Below, piece after piece: positions 9,316 to 18,867 of a stretch of DNA of 58,684 nucleotides. The notes beneath the pieces were generated by a model. The model did no database searches. It saw nothing but the letters and a program-made list of their open reading frames with translations, and was not told the origin of the DNA. The DNA is from Actinomycetota bacterium (GTDB lineage: Bacteria; Actinomycetota; Actinomycetes; JAKEEW01), in contig JBKOZJ010000009.1 of assembly GCA_046725875.1 (NCBI GenBank), positions 1 to 58,684 on the forward strand, written 5' to 3'. The stretch's first letter is position 1. Every line of letters starts with the position of its first letter. A program made the translations under genes and the position numbers.

Positions 9316-10923
9316 TCAGCGAGCTGTCTCTACCGCGCGGCTCTCCCGAACCACCGTGACGCGGATCTGGCCTGGGTAGGTCAGCTCCTCCTCGATCTGC
9401 TTGGCGATGTCCCGGGCGAGCACCTGCGCCTGGATGTCATCGACCTGGTCGGGCAGCACCATGACCCGTAGTTCGCGGCCGGCTTGCATGGCGAAGACCT
9501 TCTCTATCCCGTTATGTCCGGCGGCAATCTCCTCGAGTCGCTCCAGCCGCTTGACGTACGCCTCCAGAGACTCCCGGCGAGCACCGGGCCGCCCGCCGCT
9601 GATCGCGTCCGCGGCCTGGGTGAGTACTGCCTCGACCGTTCGCATCTCGACCTCGCCGTGATGGGCCTCGATCGCGTGAACGACATCCTCGGGCTCGCCG
9701 TACCGTCTGGCGATCTCGGCACCGATCAGGGCATGGGACCCCTCGACCTCATGGGTCAACGCTTTGCCGATGTCGTGCAAGAGCGCACAGCGCTTTAGCA
9801 GCTGGGGGTCGAGTCGCAGCTCACTCGCCATCATTCCGGCGATGTGGGCGCTCTCGACCAGGTGCTTGAGAACGTTCTGGCCGTAGGAGGTCCGGTAGCG
9901 CAGCCGGCCGAGCAGCGCAACGAGCTCGGTATGCATATCGGTGATGCCGAGTTCGACCAGGGCATCCTCGCCGGCTCGGACGCAGAGCTGATCAACCTCG
10001 GACTTGGCCCGGTCGTGGGCCTCCTCGATCCGCTGCGGGTGAATCCGCCCGTCGAGGACGAGGCCTTCCAGTGCGTTCCGGGCAATCTCTCGCCGGACCG
10101 GGTCGAAGCAGGACAGCAAGACCGCTTCGGGTGTGTCGTCGATGATGAGATTTACCCCGGTGACCGCCTCGAAGGCGCGGATGTTACGACCCTCGCGGCC
10201 TATGATCCGGCCTTTCATGTCGTCGCTGGGCAGCTGGAGTACGGAGACGACCGACTCGGACGTCTGCTCGGTAGCAAGCCGCTGGATGGCGAGGGTGATG
10301 ACGCGCCTGGCTCGCTCGTCCGCATGCTCACGCGCCGCCGCCTCAATATCCCGGGCGAGGATCGCTGCCTCCCGCTTGGCCTGGTTCTCGATGATCGTGA
10401 CGATCTCCGCCTTCGCCTGATCGGCGGTGAGGCCGGCGAGGCGCTCGAGGATGAGTCGGCGTTCCTGTTCGATGTCGAGGAGCTCAGCTCGCTTCTGCGC
10501 GATTTGGCCCTCCTGCAGGTCGAGCTCGCGCGCCCGCTGATCGATCGCGAGCTGATCGACCCGAAGGCGCTCGTCCCGCTCGGCCAGCCAGTGCTCACGC
10601 CGCTCCAGATCAAGCCGGAGTTCACGAAGATCTTCCTTGAGCTGTCTGGCCTCTTCCTCGACGGCACGCCTGGCATTCTCGACCTGGTCGGCGGCTACCT
10701 GCGCCTTGGTCTGCATGTCGCTTGCCTCGGACTCGGCGCGTTTCCTGATGTCCGACGCCTGCCGGCGAGCCTCCTCGAGCTCGACCCGGGCCATGGCGAC
10801 GCTTCGCTGGCTTTGTACGGCAGCCTCATGACGGCGCCGCAGCATGAGGAAACCAACGGTGAGGATCGCGAGTAGCACGGCAGCTAGGAGGCCGATCGCC
10901 AGCAGTCCAACAGCGCCGTCCAT
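9316..10923 (-). CDS. rny: Ribonuclease Y
   Basis: N-terminal TM helix, coiled coil, KH motif KGRIIGREGRNI, HD motif LLHDIGK, AMQAGRE; RBS AGGAG upstream. Confidence 0.96.
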   Translation of the reverse strand: MDGAVGLLAIGLLAAVLLAILTVGFLMLRRRHEAAVQSQRSVAMARVELEEARRQASDIRKRAESEASDMQTKAQVAADQVENARRAVEEEARQLKEDLRELRLDLERREHWLAERDERLRVDQLAIDQRARELDLQEGQIAQKRAELLDIEQERRLILERLAGLTADQAKAEIVTIIENQAKREAAILARDIEAAAREHADERARRVITLAIQRLATEQTSESVVSVLQLPSDDMKGRIIGREGRNIRAFEAVTGVNLIIDDTPEAVLLSCFDPVRREIARNALEGLVLDGRIHPQRIEEAHDRAKSEVDQLCVRAGEDALVELGITDMHTELVALLGRLRYRTSYGQNVLKHLVESAHIAGMMASELRLDPQLLKRCALLHDIGKALTHEVEGSHALIGAEIARRYGEPEDVVHAIEAHHGEVEMRTVEAVLTQAADAISGGRPGARRESLEAYVKRLERLEEIAAGHNGIEKVFAMQAGRELRVMVLPDQVDDIQAQVLARDIAKQIEEELTYPGQIRVTVVRESRAVETAR

Positions 10924-11369
10924 GGCGATCACTCCTACCGTCGGGCTCCCGGTCGTACGGCCGGGAACGGCTGTCACTCCGGGAGGAGCCCGGCCCGGTC
11001 GGTGATCGCCAAATCGCCCGCGGGCCGTCTCATATCGCCAACGCCGGCCGGTGGCCGGATCCAGCGCCCGGCGGCGACCCGTGGAACCTTGGCTGCTCTC
11101 GGCATCCGGTCGGAACACCGCCAAATGCCGTAGATCCCGCCCGTCGGTTACCAGCTGGTGAGCGGCAACCGCAGCTGGGGGTAAGCCGAATGGGACGGAA
11201 CAGGCGACCTGCCCGCCTTGCAGTTACCTTCACTACCAGCGGCCCCCGCGGAGCGAATGCCGCCGTCCCTTCTCCAGCGCCGGCGCGTTTGGCGCCGGGG
11301 TTGTCGTGTCTGGTGCAGCCTGTGGTGCTCTCAGCGATCCCGTGTCGGGTGTTCCCCTCCACTGATCTG

Positions 11370-11398
11370 AGGCTAAGTCGAGGTAACGAATCGGTCAA
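11370..11398 (-). promoter_or_regulatory. Housekeeping-sigma promoter ~440 nt upstream of rny
   Basis: Minus strand TTGACC-N17-TAGCCT. Confidence 0.6.
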
Positions 11399-11465
11399 GG
11401 TACCGACGCGCCATGGTCAATCGCGCCCGCAGGGACCGGGATCGCGACGCAGCAGGGCAGGTAGG

Positions 11466-12119
11466 TCAGAGGCCTTCTGAATCTGGCTCCGGAAGCTCGG
11501 ATCCCTCGCCCGCAAGCGCCTCCCGGACCACTTCGTAGGCGATCGCAGGTGGGTAGCCCCGGCGAGCGAGCACGCCAACTAGGCGCTGTGCGCGTACCGC
11601 CGTCGGCCCCCCGCGGATCATCGCGAGCCGTTTATCGACGATGGCCCTTGCCGCCGCTCGCTGTTGGTCGGGAGTGATCGTCTCGATGCTCGCTGCCGCA
11701 AGATCAGGGGCGATGCCACGAGTCCTCAACTCGTTCGCGATCTTCAGCGGTCCGACGCCGCGGCCTCGGTGCCGGCTGTCGACCCATGCCGCGGCGAATG
11801 CCTCGTCGTCGATGAGGCCCACCGCCGCGAGGCGGCCTAGGACATCGGCGGCAACCGCCGCGTCTACACCTCGGCGCCGCATGGCGTCGGCAAGCTGCGA
11901 ACGGGTGTGCGGCGAGTACGACAGCTGGGCCAAACAGATGTCGCGTGCCCGTTCGAGCTCCTCGTCGCCCGAGTGTGCTGCGGGCGAAGGATTGGCGGCC
12001 GGGTCGGATCTTGACTGAGACCCTTCGGATCGTCGATCCGCACGTCCGACTCCGGATGGGCGGCCTGTACGTTCAGTGGAACGTGGGGCCTCCACGCTCG
12101 CCTCCTTGCGCGGAGCCAC
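11466..12119 (-). CDS. recX: Regulatory protein RecX
   Basis: Directly downstream of recA; GLIDDEAFAAAWV, ELRTRGI, LARRGY motifs. Confidence 0.92.
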   Translation of the reverse strand: MAPRKEASVEAPRSTERTGRPSGVGRADRRSEGSQSRSDPAANPSPAAHSGDEELERARDICLAQLSYSPHTRSQLADAMRRRGVDAAVAADVLGRLAAVGLIDDEAFAAAWVDSRHRGRGVGPLKIANELRTRGIAPDLAAASIETITPDQQRAAARAIVDKRLAMIRGGPTAVRAQRLVGVLARRGYPPAIAYEVVREALAGEGSELPEPDSEGL

Positions 12120-12145
12120 TCGTCGTCCGGGCTGATATGTCGTGG

Positions 12146-13201
12146 TCAGAAGCCCTCTGGCACGGCCACCGCCGAATCGGAAGTGGTCACGTCGGTGTCG
12201 AGCTGGGCGCCGACGCCGAGCTTCTCCTTGATCTTCTTCTCGATCTCGTCGGCTAGGTCGGGGTTGTCACGGAGGAACGAACGCGCATTCTCCTTGCCCT
12301 GGCCGAGTTGGTCGCCCTCGTAGGTGTACCAAGCGCCCGACTTGCGGATCAGGCCGTTCTCGACCCCCATGTCGATCAGCCCGCCCTCGCGGCTGATCCC
12401 CTGCCCGAACAGGAGGTCGACATCGCACTGCCGGAATGGCGGCGCGCACTTGTTCTTCGCGACTTTAATCCGGACCCGGTTGCCAACCGCATCCGATCCA
12501 TCCTTGAGGGTCTCGATCCGCCGCACGTCCAGCCGTACAGAGGCATAGAACTTCAGCGCCCGCCCGCCCGTCGTCGTCTCCGGTGAGCCAAAGAGGATCC
12601 CGACCTTCTCGCGAAGCTGGTTGACGAAGATGGCGGTCGTCCGGCTTGCACTGAGCGCGCCGGTGAGCTTGCGCAGCGCTTGACTCATCAGGCGGGCCTG
12701 CAGACCGACGTGGCTGTCGCCCATCTCGCCCTCGATTTCGGCACGGGGGACGAGAGCGGCCACCGAGTCGATGACGACGACGTCTATCGCTCCCGACCGC
12801 ACGAGCATGTCAGCGATCTCCAGCGCCTGCTCACCGGTGTCCGGCTGGGAGACGAGCAAGGCGTCAGTGTCCACGCCAAGGTTCTTCGCATACTCCGGGT
12901 CAAGCGCATGCTCCGCATCGATGAAGGCGGCGGTGCCGCCCGCACGTTGTGCGTTCGCCACGGCGTGCAGCGCGAGCGATGTCTTTCCGCTCGCCTCCGG
13001 CCCGTAGATCTCGACCACCCGGCCGCGCGGCAGGCCGCCGATGCCGAGCGCGATGTCTAGCGCTATGGAGCCGGTTGGGATCACCTCGACCGGCGCCCGG
13101 CCCTCGTCGCCGAGGCGCATGACCGAACCCTTGCCGAACTGTCGGTCGATCTGGGCGAGCGCGGCCTCGAGCGCCTTGCCGCGATCTGCTGGAGCTGCCA
13201 T
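12146..13201 (-). CDS. recA: Recombinase A (no intein)
   Basis: [51 protein letters not shown]; start at ATG 13201 (or 13210). Confidence 0.99.
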   Translation of the reverse strand: MAAPADRGKALEAALAQIDRQFGKGSVMRLGDEGRAPVEVIPTGSIALDIALGIGGLPRGRVVEIYGPEASGKTSLALHAVANAQRAGGTAAFIDAEHALDPEYAKNLGVDTDALLVSQPDTGEQALEIADMLVRSGAIDVVVIDSVAALVPRAEIEGEMGDSHVGLQARLMSQALRKLTGALSASRTTAIFVNQLREKVGILFGSPETTTGGRALKFYASVRLDVRRIETLKDGSDAVGNRVRIKVAKNKCAPPFRQCDVDLLFGQGISREGGLIDMGVENGLIRKSGAWYTYEGDQLGQGKENARSFLRDNPDLADEIEKKIKEKLGVGAQLDTDVTTSDSAVAVPEGF

Positions 13202-13248
13202 GGATGCCATCCCGGTGCTGGGTCGTCGTGTGCGTCTCATCGCAGCCG

Positions 13249-13270
13249 ACGCTATGGCTTCCCCCCGACA
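13249..13270 (-). promoter_or_regulatory. PafBC-type (RecA-NDp) promoter of recA
   Basis: Minus strand TGTCGG-ggggaagcca-TAGCGT, an exact match to TGTCGG-N10-TA-N3-T. Confidence 0.85.
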
Positions 13271-13335
13271 TTTTCGGGGCTCCGACACGCGCCAGTGGAT
13301 AAGTCGGCATCTATCTCGACCCTGTTGACACTACC

Positions 13336-13349
13336 CGAACACTTGTTCG
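13336..13349. promoter_or_regulatory. LexA (SOS) box next to a second recA promoter
   Basis: CGAAC-ACTT-GTTCG; on the minus strand it lies just upstream of a TAGTGT -10 element. Confidence 0.88.
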
Positions 13350-13443
13350 ACGATGCCTCCGACACGCCGCCACTCCTCCTGACCGGTCATAGCCGCCTGG
13401 AGCAAAGTGATCTAGGTCCGCAGCAACGTACCCTTGACGGGTT

Positions 13444-14970
13444 ATGAGCGCGCGCACCTACGAGATCCGCACCTACGGATGTCAGATGAATGTCCACGAC
13501 TCCGAGCGCCTGGCCGGCCTGCTCGAGGACGCGGGCTACCTGCGCGCCGCCGAGAGCCAGACCGCCGATGTGGTTGTCTTCAATACCTGCGCCGTCCGCG
13601 AGAACGCGGACAACCGGCTCTACGGCAACCTCGGCCACTTGGCGCCGGTCAAGGCGGCCAAGCCGGGCATGCAAATCGCGGTCGGGGGCTGCCTTGCCCA
13701 GAAGGACCAGGGCGAGATCGTCCGCCGGGCACCGTGGGTCGACGTCGTGTTTGGTACGCATAACATCGGCTCGCTGCCCGTACTCCTCGAGCGGGCGCGG
13801 ATCGAGCAGGAGGCGCAGGTCGAAATCCTCGAGTCCCTCGAGGTCTTCCCCTCGACCCTGCCAACCCGGCGGGAGTTGCCATACGCTGCTTGGGTCGCGA
13901 TCTCCGTCGGCTGCAACAACACCTGCACCTTCTGCATCGTCCCCACCCTTCGGGGGCGGGAGAAAGATCGCCCGCCGGGAGAGATCCTCGCCGAGATCGA
14001 GGCGCTCGTCGCCGATGGCGCGCTCGAGGTCACGCTCCTCGGGCAGAACGTCAACACCTATGGTGTGGAGTTCGGCGACCGGCTCGCGTTCGGCAAGCTG
14101 CTGCGCGCGTGCGGCGACGTCAAGGGCCTGGAGCGGTTGCGCTTCACCAGCCCGCATCCGGCGGCGTTCACCGACGACGTCATCGCCGCGATGGCCGACA
14201 CGCCCAATGTGATGCCGCAGCTGCACATGCCGCTGCAGTCCGGCTCGGACCAGGTGTTGCGGGCGATGCGCCGCTCCTACCGGCAGGAGCGCTACCTCGG
14301 CATCATCGAGCGGGTTCGGGCGGCGATTCCGGATGCCGCGATCACGACCGACATCATCGTCGGCTTCCCCGGGGAGACCGACGAGGACTTCGAGCAGACG
14401 TTGTACGTCGTCCGGGAGGCGCGGTTCGCCGGCGCATTCACCTTCCAGTATTCAAGGCGGCCGGACACACCGGCCGCCACGATGGACGGCCAGGTCCCGA
14501 AGGAGGTCGTCCAGGAGCGCTACGAGCGGTTGGTGGCTCTGCAAGAGCAGATTTCCCTAGAGGAGAGCCAGCGGCAGGTCAGCAAGGTGGTCGAGCTGCT
14601 TGTCGCCGAGGGTGAGGGGCGCAAGGACCGGGAGACGCATCGAATGTCCGGCCGGGCCGCGGATAACCGCCTTGTGCACTTCACCGGCGGGGCAACGCCG
14701 AGAATCGGCCTCGGAGACGACCGCAGCGCCGGCGATGCGGTGCAAGAGATCCGGCCCGGCGACATGGTGACCGTGCGGATCACGAAGGCGGCACCGCATC
14801 ACCTGGTCGCCGACGGACCGCCCGTTGCCGTGCGCCCCACCCGGGCCGGCGACGCGTGGGCCGCCCGCCATGGCGTCCGTACATCCTCTAAAGCCCAGGC
14901 CGTGTCGCTCGGGATGCCGACGCTCGGACCCCGGCACGTGCCGGCCCAAGCGACCGCGGCGTGCCACTGA
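13444..14970 (+). CDS. miaB: tRNA-2-methylthio-N6-dimethylallyladenosine synthase
   Basis: TYGCQMN, NTCAVRE, radical-SAM motif [24 protein letters not shown] region. Confidence 0.97.
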   Translation: MSARTYEIRTYGCQMNVHDSERLAGLLEDAGYLRAAESQTADVVVFNTCAVRENADNRLYGNLGHLAPVKAAKPGMQIAVGGCLAQKDQGEIVRRAPWVDVVFGTHNIGSLPVLLERARIEQEAQVEILESLEVFPSTLPTRRELPYAAWVAISVGCNNTCTFCIVPTLRGREKDRPPGEILAEIEALVADGALEVTLLGQNVNTYGVEFGDRLAFGKLLRACGDVKGLERLRFTSPHPAAFTDDVIAAMADTPNVMPQLHMPLQSGSDQVLRAMRRSYRQERYLGIIERVRAAIPDAAITTDIIVGFPGETDEDFEQTLYVVREARFAGAFTFQYSRRPDTPAATMDGQVPKEVVQERYERLVALQEQISLEESQRQVSKVVELLVAEGEGRKDRETHRMSGRAADNRLVHFTGGATPRIGLGDDRSAGDAVQEIRPGDMVTVRITKAAPHHLVADGPPVAVRPTRAGDAWAARHGVRTSSKAQAVSLGMPTLGPRHVPAQATAACH

Positions 14971-15133
14971 GCCGTGCATATACGCCAACTATCGCTTCTT
15001 TACGGCCGGTACAGGCCTGGGGAACGGACAAATCCGGTGCTCGAGGGTCCGTACCCGGCGTAAAGCGGCGGTTCGCGGCGTGCGGCGAGGTTGGGCGGCG
15101 TAGGGCAGCGGACCGGTTGGGAGACTTGAGATC

Positions 15134-16045
15134 GTGAAGCCCTTGGTTCTTGCCGTGGTCGGACCGACGGCTGCCGGCAAATCCGACCTCGCCATCGAGC
15201 TTGCCCACCGGCTCGGCGGCGAGCTCGTGAACGCCGACTCGATGCAGCTCTACCGGGGCATGGACATCGGCACCGCGAAGCTCCACAGGGACGAGCAGCG
15301 CGGGGTGCCGCATCACCTGCTCGACATCTGGGAGGTCACGGAGACCGCTAGTGTCGCGGTTTACCAGAAGGAGGCCCGCCGGGTCGTCGACGACCTGCTG
15401 GATCGCGGCCGGATCCCGCTCGTTGTCGGTGGTTCCGGCCTTTACATACGCGCGGTTCTCGACGACCTCGAATTTCCCGGTACCGATCCTGCCGTGCGGG
15501 CGCGGCTGGAGGCCGAGCACGCCCAGCGCGGGACGGCAGAGCTTTACGAGCGGTTGCGGGCCGCGGACCCCGTCGCCGCGGCCGGCATATTGCCGAGCAA
15601 CGGGCGCCGTATCGTCCGAGCGTTGGAGGTCATGGAGATCACGGGTCGGCCGTTCGCGGCTGCGTTGCCCGAACCGCGGTATGTCCACGACACCGTCCAG
15701 ATCGGCCTCGACGTGCCACGGCCCGAGCTCGACCGCCGCATCGCCGACCGGGTCGACCGGATGTGGGCGCTGGGTCTCGTACAAGAAGTACGCGAGCTCG
15801 AGCGGCACGGCCTGCGGCAGGGCCGGACGGCAGCCCAAGCGCTTGGCTACGCGCAGGTGCTGCGTTACCTCGACGGCGAATGGACCGAGGAGGGGGCAAG
15901 GACAGAGACGATCCGGGCCACCCAGCGGTTCGCCCGCCGCCAGGACTCCTGGTTTCGGCGCGACCGGCGTATTCAATGGCGCCGCTTCGACCGCCCCGAC
16001 CTGCTGGATGCCGCGACGCGACTTGTGCAAGAAAGCTTGACGTAG
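15134..16045 (+). CDS. miaA: tRNA dimethylallyltransferase
   Basis: GPTAAGKS, DSMQLYRGMDIGTAK, GGSGLY, ARRQDSWF. Confidence 0.97.
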   Translation: MKPLVLAVVGPTAAGKSDLAIELAHRLGGELVNADSMQLYRGMDIGTAKLHRDEQRGVPHHLLDIWEVTETASVAVYQKEARRVVDDLLDRGRIPLVVGGSGLYIRAVLDDLEFPGTDPAVRARLEAEHAQRGTAELYERLRAADPVAAAGILPSNGRRIVRALEVMEITGRPFAAALPEPRYVHDTVQIGLDVPRPELDRRIADRVDRMWALGLVQEVRELERHGLRQGRTAAQALGYAQVLRYLDGEWTEEGARTETIRATQRFARRQDSWFRRDRRIQWRRFDRPDLLDAATRLVQESLT

Positions 16046-16054
16046 CATCGGCGG

Positions 16055-16969
16055 GTGATCCAGGACGGTGTCCCGTTCGCCAAGGGGCATGGCACGGAGA
16101 ACGACTTCGTCCTGCTCTTCGACCCCCAGCGGGCGCTCGATCTGACCCCCGCGCTCGTGCGAGCGCTGTGCGACCGGCGGGGCGGGCTCGGTGCCGACGG
16201 GGTGCTCCGGGTCGTGCTTGCCGGCACCGATCCCGAGGGCGCTCAGATGTCCGACGAGGCACGCTGGTTCATGGACTACCGCAACGCGGACGGGTCGGTC
16301 GCCGAGATGTGCGGCAATGGCGTGCGCGTCTTCGCACGTTATCTGGTGGACACCTACCGGGAGCCGGCCGGCGAGTTCGCGATCGCGACCCGCGCTGGGC
16401 TGCGGCGTGTCCGGCTGGCGGCGCTTGGCGACGTCTCCGTCGAGATGGGACGGTATGGCCTGCTGGCCGCCGGCGCGGTTGAGGTCGTCGTCGATGGCCG
16501 GGCCTGGCCGGCGCGCGCCGTCCGGTCGCCGAACCCGCATGCGGTCGCCTTCATCGATGATCTTGCGCTGGTGGGCGCTCTCGAAGCGGCGCCGGAGGTT
16601 CGCCCGGCGGACGCGTTCCCGGCAGGCGCAAACGTGGAGTTCGCGGTGGCTCGCGGGCCCTTCCACCTGGCGATGCGCGTCTATGAGCGCGGGGTGGGCG
16701 AGACCAGGTCTTGCGGTACGGGTGCATGCGCCGTCGCCGCAGCCGCCGTCGAGGGCGGCGTGCGAGCGGCCCCGGTCGCTGTCTCGGCGACCGGCAATTC
16801 CCGAGCGGTCGAGCAGCGGTCGAGCGCCCAGGAGGAGTGGACCGTGGATGTTCCCGGCGGCCGGCTCATCGTGACGATCGGAGCGGACCGAACCATGACC
16901 CTGACCGGGCCGGCGGTCCTCGTCGCCGAAGGAACCGTCAGCACCGACTGGCTCCTCGAGCACAACTAG
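16055..16969 (+). CDS. dapF: Diaminopimelate epimerase
   Basis: KGHGTENDF, NADGSVAEMCGNG, ERGVGETRSCGTG. Confidence 0.97.
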   Translation: MIQDGVPFAKGHGTENDFVLLFDPQRALDLTPALVRALCDRRGGLGADGVLRVVLAGTDPEGAQMSDEARWFMDYRNADGSVAEMCGNGVRVFARYLVDTYREPAGEFAIATRAGLRRVRLAALGDVSVEMGRYGLLAAGAVEVVVDGRAWPARAVRSPNPHAVAFIDDLALVGALEAAPEVRPADAFPAGANVEFAVARGPFHLAMRVYERGVGETRSCGTGACAVAAAAVEGGVRAAPVAVSATGNSRAVEQRSSAQEEWTVDVPGGRLIVTIGADRTMTLTGPAVLVAEGTVSTDWLLEHN

Positions 16970-17106
16970 CCGCATGGCCGGTCGGGCGGCTCCGGCAGAT
17001 CGCTGCTACCAAGGCTTCCTTGATACCTCGTCGGCCACGGACGTGGGACCTCGACGGCATCACCGCCGATCGAGCACTGGCCGGGGGCGGCCGGTGAAGC
17101 CTTTGA

Positions 17107-18522
17107 TCAAGCGCGGGAGGCTGCCGGGGTGTACTGCTCGAGTTCGGCCGCGAGCGCGTAAGGCACTCTCGCCCGTACAAGCGTCCCGGTGGGCAGGTGC
17201 TCGACGGCGGCAACCTCGCCCTCGTCATGGATGCGGGCGACCAGCGCGCCCCGGTCATACGGAACGAGCGCGGTGACCTTGGCGGCCGGCCTGGGGAGAT
17301 CACGTTCGATCAGGGCGAGCAGCTTGTCCAGACCCTCGCCGGTGCGTGCCGACACGGCGACCGAATGTGGTTCGGCGCGCTGCAGCCGGGCGACCACTTC
17401 GGGATCGGCGATATCGGCCTTGTTGATCGCGATGATCTCCGGGATGTCATCCGCTCCGATCTCCGCTAGCACCTCGCGGACCGCAGCGATCTGCGTTTCC
17501 GGGTCCGCGTGTGAGGCGTCGACAACATGCAGGATGAAGTCTGCGCGAGCGACCTCTTCGAGAGTGGACCGAAATGCCTCGACGAGCTGGTGCGGTAGGT
17601 GCCGCACAAAGCCGACGGTGTCGGACAACGTGAAGACCCTACCCCCCGGGGTCGACGCGCGGCGCACGGTCGGATCGAGCGTCGCGAACAGCGCATCCTC
17701 TACCAGCACGCCGGCGCCGGTGAGCCTATTGAGCAGGGAGGACTTCCCGGCATTGGTGTAGCCGGTGATGGCTACCGTAGGCAGGCCGTGCCGCTCGCGG
17801 TCTTTGCGCATCGTCGCTCGGGCAACCCCGAGGTTGGCGATCTCACGGCGAAGCCGTGCCATCCGGCTGCGGATCCGCCGCCGGTCCGTTTCGATCTTCG
17901 TTTCGCCGGGGCCTCTGGTGCCGATCCCGCCACCGCCGGCAACCCGCCCGCCGGCCTGCCGGGACAAGGACTCGCCCCAGCCGCGCAGTCTCGGCAGCAG
18001 GTACTGCATCTGCGCGAGCTCGACCTGCACCTTGCCCTCTCGGCTGCGCGCGTGCTGGGCGAAGATATCCAAGATCAGCGCGGTCCGGTCGATGACCTTG
18101 ACCTTGACGACATCTTCGAGCTGGATCAGCTGACCAGGGCTAAGCTCACCGTCGCAGATCACCGTATCGGCACCACTGGCGAGCACGATCTCTCGCAGCT
18201 CGCGCGCCTTGCCCGATCCGAGGTAGGTGCCCGGGTCCGGCTTGTCCCGGCGCTGGATCAGTCCCTCGAGCACGATCGAACCCGCCGTCTCGGCGAGAGC
18301 GGCGAGCTCGGCGAGGGAGTTCTCCGCGTCGGTCACGGTGCCGTCTGTCCAGATTCCGACGAGAACGACCCGCTCTAGGCGCAGTGCTCGATACTCGACC
18401 TCGGTGATGTCCTCGAGCTCGGTGCGAAGCCCGACCACCCGTCGGAGCGCCGCGCGGTCGGCGAGGTCCAAGGTCTCTGCGGTGTCGAGGACCTCTCGTC
18501 CTTGATCAAGATGGTTTGTCAT
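17107..18522 (-). CDS. hflX: GTPase HflX
   Basis: LILDIFAQHA, GPGETKIETDRR, GYTNAGKSS, LFATLD, DTVGF, NKAD. Confidence 0.97.
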   Translation of the reverse strand: MTNHLDQGREVLDTAETLDLADRAALRRVVGLRTELEDITEVEYRALRLERVVLVGIWTDGTVTDAENSLAELAALAETAGSIVLEGLIQRRDKPDPGTYLGSGKARELREIVLASGADTVICDGELSPGQLIQLEDVVKVKVIDRTALILDIFAQHARSREGKVQVELAQMQYLLPRLRGWGESLSRQAGGRVAGGGGIGTRGPGETKIETDRRRIRSRMARLRREIANLGVARATMRKDRERHGLPTVAITGYTNAGKSSLLNRLTGAGVLVEDALFATLDPTVRRASTPGGRVFTLSDTVGFVRHLPHQLVEAFRSTLEEVARADFILHVVDASHADPETQIAAVREVLAEIGADDIPEIIAINKADIADPEVVARLQRAEPHSVAVSARTGEGLDKLLALIERDLPRPAAKVTALVPYDRGALVARIHDEGEVAAVEHLPTGTLVRARVPYALAAELEQYTPAASRA

Positions 18523-18532
18523 ATCGCCTGTT

Positions 18533-18559
18533 CAACGCCTCTCGCACCCCGCATACTCC
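18533..18559 (-). promoter_or_regulatory. Putative SigR/SigH-type promoter of hflX
   Basis: Minus strand GGAGT-N18-GTTG, 10 nt before the ATG (consensus GGAAY-N18-GTT). Confidence 0.45.
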
Positions 18560-18867
18560 CGTTGCCGTGCACCGGGAATGAGGATCTCGATGTCTCAAGA
18601 GCTAGAGATCTACCCGATCGGCCCGCACCGAGCCCTCCTGATCTTGGCGGAGTCCCTCCTCGACAACCCGGTCAAGGCTGGCACATTACGGGCAACCGCT
18701 GCACGTCCATTTCGGCCCTGCCGGCCAGGCTTTATCAGTTGGGGGTAACCGGATAGGCGAGCCCAGCGTCCTGCACCGAATTACTAGGTGGGGCGGGCTG
18801 ACCCTCTGCATGCGTCCTTTGTGGATGCCACCGCCCACTGGATGGCGAGCGTGGGAGGCTGTCGGGC

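Noticed and set aside
17085..18740. Loose similarity between the hflX flanks (CCGG...GCCTTTGATCA vs CCGG...GCTTTATCA)
   Set aside because: Short, gapped and in direct orientation, so it cannot explain an inversion
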